64,000 nt of DNA from Octopus sinensis (Eukaryota): positions 101,308,001 through 101,372,000 of the forward strand of contig NC_043000.1 of the NCBI RefSeq assembly GCF_006345805.1. Reading direction: 5' to 3'. Shown here piece by piece: positions 25,700-38,709 of the stretch (position 1 is the first letter of the stretch; every line of letters begins with the position of its first letter). The notes below the pieces were generated by a model. That model was not told the DNA's origin, ran no database searches, and was given only the letters and a program-made list of their open reading frames with translations. The translations under genes were made by a program, and so were the position numbers.

Positions 25700-27215
25700 T
25701 GGGACGTAGTCAGTCCTGTGCATACCTTCCTTCTTGTGACACTTATGAAGACCTGTTGAGGCAAGTGAAAATCAAATCAAATCAAAACAAATCAAAATAG
25801 ATGAACATCAGTGGAATTGTATTCTTTGTGGTACCAGTGCCGGTGGCACACAAGAAAACCACCCAAACGTGGCCGTAACCAGTACCGCATCGACTGGCCT
25901 CCGTGCTGTGGGCACAACAAACACCATCCGATCATGGCCGTTCGCCAGCCTCATCTGGCACCTGTGCCGGTGGCACATAAAGACACCATCCGAAGACCCG
26001 GCGACGTAGTCAGTCCACCTGTGCATACCTTCCCTCTTATGACACTTGTGAAGACCTGTTGAGGCAAGTGAAAATCAAAAATCAAACCAAATCAAAATAG
26101 ATGAATATCAATGGAATTTGTATCTTTGTGGTTCCAGTACCGGTGGCACACAAGAAAACCATCCGAAGTGGCCGTAGCTGGTACCGCATCGACTGGCCTC
26201 CGTGCTGTGGGCACAACAAACACCATCTGATCGTGGCCGTTCGCCAGCCTCACCTGGCACCTGTGTCGGTGGCACATAAAAACACCATCCAAAGACTTGG
26301 CGACGTAGTCAGTCCACCTGTGCATACCTTCCCTCTTATGACACTTGTGAAGACCTGTTGAGGCAGAGGCAAGTGTGTGACACTTTGTGAAGACCTGTTG
26401 AGGCAGAGGCAAGTGTGTGACACTTGTGGAGACCTGTTGAGGCAAGTGTGTGACACGCGTGACACTTGTGAAGACCTGTTGAGGCAAGTGAAAATCAAAC
26501 CAAATCAAAATAGATGAACATCAATGGAATTTGTATCTTTGTGGTTCCAGTACCGGTGGCACACAAGGACACGCGTGACACTTGTGAAGACCTGTTGAGG
26601 CAAGTGAAAATCAAAATCAAAATCAAACCAAATCAAAATAGATGAACATCAATGGAATTTGTATCTTTGTGGTTCCAGTACCGGTGGCACACAAGAAAAC
26701 CATCCGATCGTGGCCGTTCGCCAGCCACATCTGGCACCTGTGTCGGTGGCACATTAAGACACCATCCGAAGACCCGGCGACGTAGACAGTCCACCTGTGC
26801 ATACCTTCCTTCTTGTGACACTTGTGAAGACCTGTTGAGGCAAGTGACACTTGTGAAGACCTGTTGAGGCAAGTGAAAATCAAATCAAATCAAAACAAAT
26901 CAAAATAGATGAGCATAAATGGAATTTGTATCTTTGTGGTACCAGTGCCGGTGGCACACAAGAAAATCATCCGAACGTGGCCGTAGCCAGTACCGCATAG
27001 ACTGGCCTCCGTGCTTTGGGGACGTAACAAACACCATCCGATCGTGGCCGTCCGCCAGCCTCATCTGGCACCTGTGTCGGTGGCACATAAAAACACCATC
27101 CGAGCGTGGCCGTCTGCCAGCCTCGTCTGGCACCTGTGTCGGTGGCACATAAAAACACCATCCGAGCGTGGCCGTTCGCCAGCCTCGTCTGGCACCTGTG
27201 TCGGTGGCACATAAA
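25700..27215 (+). repeat. Higher-order tandem array in the RTE 3' UTR
   Basis: Units of ~300 bp repeated about four times, a ~30-bp unit 'gacacttgtgaagacctgttgaggcaagt' repeated many times, and a 62-bp unit at 27064, 27126 and 27188. Confidence 0.95.
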
Positions 27216-27679
27216 ATCACCCACTACACTCTCGGAGTGGTTGGCGTTAGGAAGGGCATCCAGCTGTAGAAACACTGCCAGATCTGACTGGCCTGGTGCA
27301 GCCTTCGGGCTCCCCAGACCCCAGTTGAACCGTCCAACCCATGCTAGCATGGAAAACGGACGCTAAATGATGATGATGATGATGATATATACATATATAT
27401 ACACACACACACACATATATATATATATACATATATATGTATGTATAGCATCATCCTCATCATCATCTTCATTTAATGTCCGTTGTCCATGCTAACATGG
27501 GTTGGACAGTTTGACTAGAGCTGGCAAGCTGAGTAGCTGCACTAGACTCCATGTTTCAGGTGTTCAAACAACTGAAGTGCAGCATGAGATGAAGTGTTTT
27601 GATCATGAACACATACCACCCAGTCAAGGAATTGAAACCATGATCACGAAATCCTGAACACAGCTCCCTATATATCATC

Positions 27680-27910
27680 ATCAGCACTTAATGACTAATT
27701 TCCACGCTAGCATAGGTTGGACAGTTTGATGGGAGCTGGCCAGCTGAAGTGCTGTTCAAGTTCCATGTCTCTTTTGGCATGATTTCTATGGCTGGATGCC
27801 CTTCCTAATGCCAACCACTTTACAGAGTGTACTAGGTGCTTTTATGCAGCACCAGCATGGATACATTTACATAGCACCAATACAGGTGCTTTTTACTTAG
27901 CCCCAACACA
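27680..27910 (-). mobile_element. RTE 3'-tail fragment
   Basis: 'ttccacgctagcataggttggacagttt...gctggatgcccttcctaatgccaaccac'. Confidence 0.8.
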
Positions 27911-27917
27911 CACGCAT

Positions 27918-27955
<38 letters not shown>

Positions 27956-27956
27956 C

Positions 27957-28181
27957 TTATTAAAAGCAGCAGAAATATCCCAAAAGCTGCTACTCAGAGT
28001 TTCATGTTCCTGTTCGTTGGATCGTTTTGTTCTAACGAAACTGTCCGATGAACAGGAGCGTGAAACTCTGAGTAGCAGTTTTTGTGATATTTCTGCTGCT
28101 TTTAATAAAGCATATTACTCTACCTCTGGTATTTGAGTACTCTTTTTTCCAGCTTGTTTCACATTTATGTGTTTACTCCGG

Positions 28182-28185
<4 letters not shown>
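27957..28185. mobile_element. Palindromic element, probably an inverted Penelope pLTR pair
   Basis: 72-bp arms (27957-28028 and 28037-28108) with 9 mismatches. Each arm carries a hammerhead-like core, and the right arm continues unpaired to ~28185. Confidence 0.65.
28040..28079 (+). ncRNA. Minimal type I hammerhead motif, core variant CCGAUGA
   Basis: ACTGT-CCGATGA-ACaggagcGT-GAAA-CTCtGAG-TA-GCAGT. Stem I 5 bp (one G.U), stem II 2 bp plus a mismatch, stem III CTC/GAG, triplet GUA. Confidence 0.55.
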
Positions 28186-28224
<39 letters not shown>

Positions 28225-28702
28225 ATATATATATATGCATACATATTGCCTCACTACTAATTTATTTTGTTAACCCCACTAAATATGGGGATGATATGAA
28301 GTTATAATATAATACTGTTCTTTATTATATTTTATTATATGTGACAATGCTTCCATTTATTACTTCTTTTTTCACTGAAACACAAATATATCACTTATAC
28401 TCCTGGATTGGTCAACGTCCATAGTCTTTCCCTATAACTGCCAAGATCAGTTGAGCTAAGCAACCCTGGAGTACCTTTTATTGTTTTGAAATCCAACCAC
28501 ACAAACATTAACTAGAATCTCTACAGTTTGTTGGTTCGTTTTAATCAGAGCACTTGAGAGAGTCAATTATTTCTAAATTAAGCATTAAAGGAAAGTTATG
28601 TGTTGTTAATAGTTGCTGCAATACGATACAATACTCACTGGGAATTATGTATGGCTATTAGTAGACATGAATAATATATAGCTTTTATTCATTGTAGGTG
28701 TA

Positions 28703-29630
28703 TGTGTGGCTGTGTGGTTTAGAAGCTTGCTTCCTGACCATGCTGTATTGGGTTCAGTCCCATTGTACAACAATTTATGAAAGCATTTTACTATAGGCGT
28801 GGTTGATCAAACCCTTGCAAGTGAATTTTGCAAATGGAAACTGGGACCATTGTGCAAACCCTTGTCTTCACATTTCATTTGGGCTGACCAGAGCCTTACA
28901 AGTGAATTTGGTTGATGGAAACTGGAAGAAACTCAATGTATGTGTGTGTGCGCGTGTGTATGTATGTGTGTGTGTGTGTATGTGTGTATGTGTGGACCCT
29001 TGTCTTGACACCATGTAATGACTGTAAGCAAGCATCACCATCATACAAGTGACTGGCGTTGGTTTGTTTATGTCCCCATGACTTAGCAGTTCAGCAAAAA
29101 GTGACTGATTGAATAAATGCCTGGCTTAAAAAAAACGTACTGGGGTTGATTCATCCAACTAAAAAAACTCTTAAAGGTAGCACCCCCATCATGTCCACAG
29201 GTTAATGACTGAAAGAAATAAATGGTAAAAGACATGTGTGTGGTAAGTAGCTTGCTAACCAACCACATGGTTCTGGGTTCAGTCCCACTGCGTGGCATCT
29301 TGGGCAAGTGTCTTCTGCTATAGCCTCGGGCTGACCAATGCCTTGTGAGTGGATTTGGTAGACAGAAACTGAAAGAAGCCTGTCGTATATATGTATATAT
29401 ATATATGTATGTGTGTGTATGTGTTTGTGTGTTTGTCCCCCTAGCATTGCTTGACAACCGATGCTGGTGTGTTTACGTCCCCGTTACTTAGCGGTTCGGC
29501 AAAAGAGACCGATAGAATAAGTACCGGGCTTACAAAGAATAAGTCCCGGGGTCAATTTGGTCGACTAAAGGCGGTGCTCCAGCATGGCCGCAGTCAAATG
29601 ACTGAAACAGGTAAAAGAGTAAAAGAGTAT
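28703..29630 (+). mobile_element. Two adjacent SINE family A copies (old 28703-29225, young 29235-29630)
   Basis: Family A head, body and tail motifs. Confidence 0.85.
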
Positions 29631-30455
29631 ATATAAGATGGGCATCTTTTAGTTTCTGTCTATCAGATCCACTCACAAGGCTTTGGGTAGCCTAGAACTA
29701 TAGCAGAAGACATAAAGACTACAAAAAGTACAATGAAATTGCTGTGGAGAGTGGAGCATAGGCATATAGCATGGGAAAAAGATGTCAAAATGAATTAATG
29801 GCAGTGTGGTTAAAAAGCCTGCTTTGCAACCAATTGATTTTAGGTTCAGTCGCACTGCATGGCACCTAAGTCAAGTCTCTTCTACTTTAGCTCCAGGTCA
29901 ACCAATACCTTGTAAGCAAATTTGGTTGATGAAAAATGTGTGGAAACCTGTCATATATGTGTGTGTGTGTATGTATATGTATAGTATGTGTGTATTTATG
30001 TATATCATTATTCAGTTTTATTTCAAGATTTCTTGCCAATAGCGAAAGAGCCAGTTTGTAACCTAGATCCAAGGCTCCTTCATTGAAATATCAACAACAA
30101 CAACAGTGTATGTGTGTGTGTATGTATGTATGTATGTATGTATGTATGTATGTATGTATGTATGTATGTATGTATGTATGTACATATGCCTATGTATGTA
30201 TGCATGAATGTATGTATGTACGTATGTATATGTGTATATGTCTTTGTGTTTTTGTTTGACCCTCTCATTCACTCACAAGTTGACAACTATTCTTGGTTTA
30301 TTTACTTCACCATAACTTAGCAGTTTAGTAAAAGTAAATACAGTCATGAAAAGTAAATAGTGGGGTCAATTAGTTTGCCTAGATCCTTGAAGGCAGTGCT
30401 CCAGCATGGCTGCATTCCAGTGAATGAAACAAATAAGAATAAAATAAGATATATA

Positions 30456-30503
<48 letters not shown>

Positions 30504-30550
30504 GGTTGTTGTTTATACACCTGTCTTTTGTTTTTCTGTAAATTTCAACT

Positions 30551-30610
<60 letters not shown>

Positions 30611-30619
30611 CTTATACAT

Positions 30620-30725
30620 AAATGGCAGTTTCTGTCTGTTACCATCTTGCTGCCTACACCAGTGAACTAATCTTGACGAAACTTTGCATACATGTTAAAC
30701 TAACATCCTAACATCCAGTTCAATC
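30620..30725 (-). mobile_element. Small interspersed repeat, possibly a Helitron/DINE-like 3' end (copy 1 of 3)
   Basis: Reverse complement 'tttaacatgtatgcaaagtttcg...ggcagcaagatggtaacagacagaaactgccatttat' matches 45105-45245 and 49845-49995. Confidence 0.5.
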
Positions 30726-30751
30726 ATATATATATACACACATACACATAT

Positions 30752-30860
30752 ATGAGGGGGTGCTGATTCCCACATTTATTGCCATGGCCCTTCAGTTTTC
30801 TAAGGGTTTGGCCTCTTTTGTGATATCTTTAAAACTGGGAAATTCTCAGCACCCCTTTGT
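30752..30860. mobile_element. Tiny mariner-like MITE
   Basis: Ends 'tatgagggggtgctga' and 'tcagcacccctttgt' form an inverted repeat with a 10-bp perfect core; TA on the left flank. Confidence 0.5.
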
Positions 30861-30870
30861 GTGTGTGTGT

Positions 30871-30947
<77 letters not shown>

Positions 30948-31119
30948 TAGTTGAATGAATTATCCTAGTATGGATAATTCGGTTAACCGATACCCAGGTA
31001 GCAAATTCACGTCAGAAAACACGGTTGAAGCTACATGCCAAGGGCAGAAATCACGTGCTTTCGTGTGGAAATTTGTGTGTTTTTTTACTATAAATAAATG
31101 AAAGATATATACATATATC

Positions 31120-31360
31120 ATCATCATCCTCATTTAATGTCCATTTTCCATACTGACATGGGTTGAATGGTTTGACTGAAAACGGTAAGCTGGGGTAGCT
31201 GCACTAGGTTTCAGTCTGATTTGGCATGGTTTCTATAGCTGGATACCCTTCCTAACACTGACTACTCCAAGAGTGTAGAGGGTACTTTTTACATGCCACC
31301 AGCACAAGTACCAGTTACGCAACCCTGGCATCAGCCACAGCTATGATCTCACTTGACAAG
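31120..31360 (-). mobile_element. RTE 3'-tail fragment
   Basis: (CAT)n plus 'ttttccatactgacatgggttgaatgg...gctggatacccttcctaacact'. Confidence 0.75.
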
Positions 31361-32814
31361 TACAGTAAAGCTTGCTACATTCTTCCACAAAGTTCACTTC
31401 TTTGAAATTTCACTCAAGTAATGTTGGCCAACCTGAGTTTATGATAGAATTATGTATCCAATGTTATGTGCAAGATATTGCACCTAGATCCACATTCTTG
31501 CAAAGCAAAGTTCTTCAACACTTGACCATATCTGGCTTGATGCAACAATTATCAGGAGAGATTCAAACGAACAGCATTCTGTTTCTAGTTCTGCATTCTA
31601 ACTAGTCTGCTGCTATTCTCTGCTTCTAAATTCATTTCAATAAATAAATTCTAGACAATAATTCTGCTTTGATTGTCAGCATATTTGTAATATATCTGCC
31701 GATTCATAAAGGCTGCCAATTGTTAAATTTAAACAAATAGCAGAGGCGATTTACCAAATTTATTCCTCCCTCTTAACATCACTACTTATCAGGTCTGGTC
31801 ATATTGTATGGTTGAAGTAGGTGTGCAAAGTACGTATTTGTGCACAGCGTGTTAAGCAGTTACAGCAATGGGTTTGGTTGTTTGAATACAAGTGTTTGTG
31901 TACATAAATGTGTGTGTGTGCGTATGTGTGTGTATGTATGCATGCATGTGTCTGTGTGTGTGTATTTTCATTCATGCTAATATACTGCCTTGTTTCCTTT
32001 GTTAATTCGTGTTGATGTGTGTGTGTTTAGTGTCATATTTGTGCAAAGGTGTGGTTAGACAGCAATAGAAAGAAAAACAACAACCTGTTTAGCCAATCAA
32101 TGTGTTTTGTGCTTTGAATTGCTGGAAGCAGAATGTCTAGGAGGATATTATTGTTGGAAAAAAAAAAAAATTAAATTTAGTTAGTTATGTTTTCTATACA
32201 TGACCTTAAACTCTTGTGCGTGTTTTTTAAGATAAGTTCTCTAATAAACACTATAACAATACCCCTGATATGATTTATCTATTTTTCATATTTACTTATT
32301 GTCTACTAACTGTTGTAACATATCTTTTATTGCATATATATACATACATATATATATATATTTATATAGACACATATTGTAAATTGATTTTTATGAATCG
32401 ATGCAAATAATTTGAGATCAAACATCGGTTTTAGTCAATGTATACCTTGAGCAGTCTTAGGTTTCTGTTGCTGTGCAGTCAGCCACTCTCCACCAGCTAC
32501 TCAATTCAGATCAAGCAGATATACGGCAGATAAGTAATTGACTGAATGACTTGTAGGTGTGAGCCATAGATCAGTTGTTTCCAGTATGCCATGCAGTAAT
32601 CTTTGGTATTTTATGTATAGAGCTATATTGATTTCTAATATTGGTACAAAGCTTCTAATTTTTGGTGGGAGGGAGTATAGTCGATTAGATCAACGCCAAT
32701 CTGTAACTTGTAGTTTATGTCATTGACTCTCCCCCGTCCCTTCCTCCACTCCCACCTCAGAAGGTTGAGTAGCAAAGCTGAGCTTGGTGAAATTTGAATG
32801 CTGTATTTATATAT

Positions 32815-33303
32815 TTCTTTACTACCCACAAGGGGCTAAACACAGAGGGGACAAACAAGGACAGACAAACAGTAATAAGCCGATTATATTGACCCCAGTG
32901 CATAACTGGTACTTAATTTATCAACCCTGAAAGGAAGAAAGGCAAAGTCGACCTCGGCGGAATTTGAACTCAGAATGTAAAGGCAGATGAAAGAACGCTG
33001 TATTTGTAACGAAAAAACCTTAACTAAGTGCTGAAATAAAATTTTTGTTGTAGGATCTAATAATTCTGACAGTATGTTGCTCTAATTTTGGAAAAATATT
33101 GGTTTCAAATTTTGGCACAAGGCCAGCAAGATTGGTTTATTTACATTGACCCCAGTGCTAAACTGGTACTTACATTATTCACCCTGAAAGGATGAAAGGT
33201 AGGTTGACCTTTGTGAAATTACAACTTAGAGTGTAAAGATGGATGAAAATACCTCTAAGTGCTTTGCCTGACATACTTACAATACTGCCAACTTGCTGCC
33301 TTA
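32815..33303 (-). mobile_element. Two SINE family B copies
   Basis: 'gaaaggcaaagtcgacctcggcggaatttgaactcagaa' occurs twice (second copy diverged). Confidence 0.8.
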
Positions 33304-33351
33304 GATTTATAGAAAATATCAATTACTAAAATAATCTCTTTATTTCAGAGA

Positions 33352-33730
33352 TTATTACCTCTACCTTAGCGAAGTTGGAGGTATTGTTTGCAGTTGTGTT
33401 TGTTTGTTTGTTGGTTTGTCTGTGGACAAGATATCTCAAGACCTACTGAATGAATTTGGATGAAACTTTCAGGGATGTTTAGCCTCTTGACTGGCACAAA
33501 CTGATTAGATTTTGGGATTGAGCTGGTACCGGAGAAGGATTCTGGATTATTTTTCTGGTTTTTTTTTACTTAATTTTTGAGAGTGGTCAGATTCATTTTT
33601 TAGTATTCTCGTTTGTGAGAGCAGTCAAGTTACAGATGTTCTCATTTTAAAAATCATCTCTGGTTAATCCCTGAGAGGACGTTGGTGTTGCCTTAGTGGA
33701 GGTTTGCACTCTCTGAATGTTCTTGTTATT
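33352..33730 (+). mobile_element. Non-autonomous Helentron/HINE-like element, copy 2
   Basis: 5' 'ttattacctctaccttagcgaagttggaggt', (TTTG)n, and 3' 'gccttagtggaggtttgcactctctgaatgt'; collinear with 7255-7626. Confidence 0.6.
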
Positions 33731-34317
33731 ATTGTTTCATATCTATATTGGTGGATGGAAACTGAATGCAACCTGTAATATGTGTGTGTGTGTGTGTGCT
33801 TGTGTGTTAATATTTCCTAGATAGTTGTAAATGAGTGTCACTGTCATGCAGGCAGTGTCCTTTGTTTCCAGTTTTTCATGAAAAGATGTCCAGCCATGGG
33901 GAAATATTTCCTGATTTGGAAATAGGTGAAGATTAGTGACAGGAAGGGCATCCAGCTGTAGAAAATCCATCCACCTCAATAAATTCTGTTCAACCTGCAA
34001 ACATGGAAAAGCAAATGTTAAAATGATGATGATTAAATGTCATCATTATTACTCAGACCATAAAAAGAAGAGGTTTGTGAATTTGGGATGGTTGTTTACC
34101 AGAACAGAAGCAATTTTGAAAGATTGAATATAGTGTATATTTATAACAATACAAATAATGACACTAAGGAACTGTTAACAAATCCTATTATCCATAGAGA
34201 TGGTAAAATGGCATGATTGCGAGTCTGTTTGATAAAATGCCTTGCAGTATTCGTTCAAGTTCTCTGCTTTCTAAATTCACTGCCTGCCAAGGCCAAAATA
34301 CCCTTTCATCTTTTGAG

Positions 34318-35200
34318 GATCATCATCATCATCATCATTATTTAATATCCATTTTCCATGTTGGCATGGGTTGGATGGTTTGACTGAGGTCTGGGGAGCC
34401 ATCAGCTGCACTAGGCTCCAATCTGATCTGGCAATGTTTCTACAACTGGATGCCCTTCCTAATGCCAACCACTCCAAGAGTGTAGTGGGTGCTTTTTATG
34501 TACCACCGGTACAGGAGCCAGTCAAGTGGGCCTGGCATCGATCACATCTGGGTAGTGCTTTTTATATGCCACCAGAACAGGGGCCAGTCAGGGGGTACTT
34601 GCATCAGCCATGTTTGGATGTTGCTTTTTACGTTCCACTGGCACAGGATGTGGGGGCAGTCAGGTGGTCCTGGTCCTGGCGTTGATCATGTTTGGATAGT
34701 CCATTTTACGTGTCACTGGCACGAGAGCCAGTCAGGGAGTACTGGCATCAGCCACATTCATACGGTGCTTTTATGTGCCACTGGCATGGGAGCCAGTCAG
34801 TCAGACCTGGCATCGACCATGTTCAGATGGTGCTTTTTACATGCCACTGGCATAGGAGTCGGTCAGAGGGCACTGGTTACAGCTATGATATTGGTTTTTC
34901 TTGACTCAACAGGTTTTCTCAAGCATATCATATCACCTGATGCATCAGGGGTACTCTTAACTGGGCCAGACATGCATGGCTGTAATCTCATTTTAGTTGC
35001 TGGGTCTTCTCAATCACAGCATATCTCCAAAGGTCTTTGTCTCCTGTCATTGCCTTTGTGAGGCCCAATATTCGAAGGTCATGCTTCACCACCTCATCCG
35101 ATATCTTCCTGGGTCTACCTCTTCCACAGGTTACTTTCACAGTTAGGGAGTGGCACTTCCTCACACAGCCATCCTCATCCATATGTACTGTCCTCATCCA
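34318..35200 (-). mobile_element. RTE 3' fragment (ORF C-terminus, UTR and tail)
   Basis: Minus ORF MDEDGCVRKCHSLTVKVTCGRGRPRK..DEVVKHDLRILGLTK matches 25480-25673; (CAT)n tail at 34318. Confidence 0.9.
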
Positions 35201-35535
35201 TAAAATACCAGTCCATAAAAGTGGATTGGCAGAATTGTTCAATCATCAAATGAAATACCTCCTCATAGCATCTGTTCTAGCTCTCTTGTGTTCTGAGTTC
35301 AAATTCTAACAAAGGCCAAAGATAACTGGAATTTGGAACTACAATATGATTTTAAAAACTGCGATAACAGAAGAGAAGGATTGTAGCTATCTACTACTGT
35401 AAATAAGGTACTTTGTCTTTATGTTCTGAATTTAAATTCTGTTGAGGTCGACTTTGCCTTTCATCTTTTTAGGGTCAATCTAATCAACTGGTTCCTCCCC
35501 AAAATTTCAGGCCTTGTGCCTATAATAGAAAGGAT

Positions 35536-35680
<145 letters not shown>

Positions 35681-37725
35681 CCATTTCACTTACTCTGGCT
35701 AATTCTGTAAGAGTGGACAACAACCTGCCGTAAGGCATCTCAAAGTCTCTTTCCATGATACTTAAGATCCAAGTAGAAATCTCAAGATCTTTACTGTCCT
35801 AAATAGAGTAGTTTTCTGAGTATGTTCTGTTATTATTGAGCGAGAGAGCAGCACATGCCATCAAAGTGACTCTGGAGTGCAAATATACGACTACCAGTCT
35901 GATAAAGGTACACCAGGCATATGCATTGCAACTATATGTGCATGACATGATCTCATGTCAAGATAAACAGCACCTGACCTTGTAGGTGGGGGCCCAGCTA
36001 GAATTTTCTTTGGGTCAAGTAGCCTATACTGCTTAAAAGGTTAATGAATAAGGGTTGTTTAATGATGATGAACAAAACACCCATGTTTCAAGGGATGAAT
36101 TATTAAAACCCCAAAGAATTCCTCTCAGCACATGACTATGATGTTCCCCAACTACTTCTGCTTGTGATTAGAGATGCACATATCATCAGCCATTAAGGGA
36201 CATTCTCAACAGGTTAAGGTCAAGCAACTGACAAGAAAATCTGTGGTATTTAGTAGAATCTTTGCTGTAGCCCATCTTTTATACCAGTACAAAACATATA
36301 CATTACAACACTTCCAATAAGTTAAGATCAGAAGCCATGAGAGCCACTGCCTAGTACTGCATTATTATTATTATTCAATATTTGATAGTTTCAGGCAAAT
36401 TTCTACTAATCACCTCTGTGCTGCTCTGGTGTGTGAAGTATTGTATGTTCTTGTTTTGGGGTTTTTTTTCTTTTGTGTTGGAGGAGTACAAATTCTTCCC
36501 GGTGTTGTATTGCACCACTTTGTTTTGAATTGATCTACCATCATCTTGCAGCTTTCATGAGATCTTTGTGAAGGGATGGCTGTAAATTGGCCTGTCATGT
36601 ATCCTTGTTTGAGAAATCATTCAAGAAAAGGAACCCAAGAGAGACTGTCGTCCAATACACGTTCAGGAGGGAAATTTCTCTCTTACCAGCCCAACAATAT
36701 GAAAAGACAAAAAAACATTGCTAAACTGCTACAAATTAATAAATCAAAAAATAAATAAATAAATAAATAAAATAAATAAAATAAATAATAAAAATGTCTA
36801 CAGTGATTAATAAACATCATAAAACTAACTATTCAACCATGATATGGAAATGAAAAGTACTTCCAAGCAATGTAAAATGAAGCAGATAAAAAAAAAGAAC
36901 CCGCTTTGCCTTGTGGTAGAAATCAATGCCTCTGCTATTGTTTGAGTTACTAATATTAAAGTTAACCACTTGGGCATCATAAATAAGATTTCATTTATTA
37001 TTATCATTATCATTATTATTATTATTTTGTATATTGCTTTATTGATTTCTTTTGGCAAGATGCAAGCTAATTTTTGTAAGAGATCAATTGAATTAAGCCA
37101 AGAAAATTACTGATACTTAATCTATCAGCAACCCGTCCTTTTGAAGAATAAAAGCTGAAAAATCAACTTTCCCCACTGGGATTTGAACTCAGAATGTAGA
37201 GAACGAGATTAAACATTGTATGGGTATTTTAGTCCAATGTTCTACTATTTCTTTTTATCTTAAGCGCAATGTTTATGTGTTACTAAATCAAACCAATAAA
37301 GAGAAATTTAATTAGAATTCATCAAATATAGAAGATAAAATAGAACATTAAATGTTGTAAATGTCTGAAAGAAACACTTGTCATGTTAATAATACTGAGC
37401 AATAGTCAAAATTACGCATTGCTTAGCAGGAAATTCTAACGTAAACAGCATACATAGAAACAAAGACATTTCAGAATTATTGGCATTATTGAAAGGCAGC
37501 AGTCAAAGCTTTTGATTTCTGCATCTGACAGTTTGTTAAATATACAAGGAGGATGGGGGGTGGAAGAGATGATGATGCTGATGATGATGACGGTGATGAT
37601 TGAGTTTTTACATTTGAAACTCTGGTTGCTGTAATGTAATCTTCCATCTAAAACTAGAACTTCTGTGTAAGTTTCCAACAGTCCCCTACCTTCAAAACAA
37701 CAACAACAACAACAACAGCAACAAC

Positions 37726-37780
<55 letters not shown>

Positions 37781-38099
37781 GTAGGGAATGATAGCAAAAG
37801 GGGCTGATTGCTACCTAACTCAGAGACCAGGAAACCCCAAAATGGCAGAAATTCAAAATATAGTGCTCATGGGAACTGCTCATATCCTATGCAAAACACT
37901 TTCTATGTAATCTCAAGTTTTAAAACAAACATAATTTTTGTATGTTTTTTTTAGACATTCACTAGTACGACACTAAAAAAGCCCCAAATATATGGCACAC
38001 TAGGCATAACAACAACATGAACTTCCACCCTGTGATCTCTTGAGGTCTCTGGGTGAGACTTGGAGCCAACTTGTACAAATATAAAGCAAAAGTCAAACA

Positions 38100-38562
38100 T
38101 AAAATAATAATAATAATAATAATCCTTTCTACTATAGGTACAAGGTCTGAAATTTTACAGGAGGGAACTAGCCAATTACATCGACCCCCAGTGTTTCATT
38201 GGTACTTAATTTATCGACCCTGAAAGGATAAAAGGCAAAGTCAACCTCAGCAGAATTTGAACTCAGACCATAAACACAGACAAAATGTGACTGTGCATTT
38301 TGCCTGGTATACTAACGATTCTGCCAGCTCACTGCTTTAATAATGATAACGATAATAATAATAATCCTTTCTATTATAGGTGCAAGGCCTGAAATTTGTT
38401 GAGAGGGGGATAGTCGATTACATTGGCCCCAGTGTTTGACTAGTACTTAATTTATTGACCCTGAAAGGATGAAAGGCAAAGTCGACCTCAGCAGAATTTG
38501 AACTCAGAACGTAGTGGCAGACGAAATACTGCTAAGCATTTCACCTGCTGTGTTAACAATTC

Positions 38563-38600
<38 letters not shown>

Positions 38601-38654
38601 GTAATAATAATAATAATAATAATAACAACAACAATAATAACAATAATAATAATG

Positions 38655-38709
<55 letters not shown>

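Larger units (their letters stand above)
23531..27385 (+). mobile_element. RTE-clade LINE, 5'-truncated and near intact, inserted in (TA)n
   Basis: A long RT ORF followed by a ~1.7-kb repetitive 3' UTR and a (GAT)n tail. The tail is shared with more than 12 short copies in the window. Confidence 0.97.

Noticed and set aside
25700-27215. CRISPR-like appearance of the ~30-bp recurring unit
   Set aside because: The intervening sequences are themselves repeated rather than unique spacers, the context is a eukaryotic LINE UTR, and there are no cas genes.
25808-27432. Numerous 70-140 aa ORFs on both strands (also 974-1495 and 34371-35061)
   Set aside because: They fall in the GC-richer repetitive RTE 3' UTR, differ among copies and show no protein motif.
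35825-36360. GC-richer 530-bp block that looks like an interspersed repeat
   Set aside because: Only one copy in the window, with no ORF, TIR or tail that I can demonstrate, so it cannot be classified from the sequence alone.
36687-36728. Candidate 42-nt minus-strand exon (tttgtag / QFSNVFLSFHIVGL / gtaaga)
   Set aside because: Splice signals look good but the peptide is unrecognisable and no partner exons were found. Such matches arise by chance in AT-rich DNA; RNA-seq is needed.
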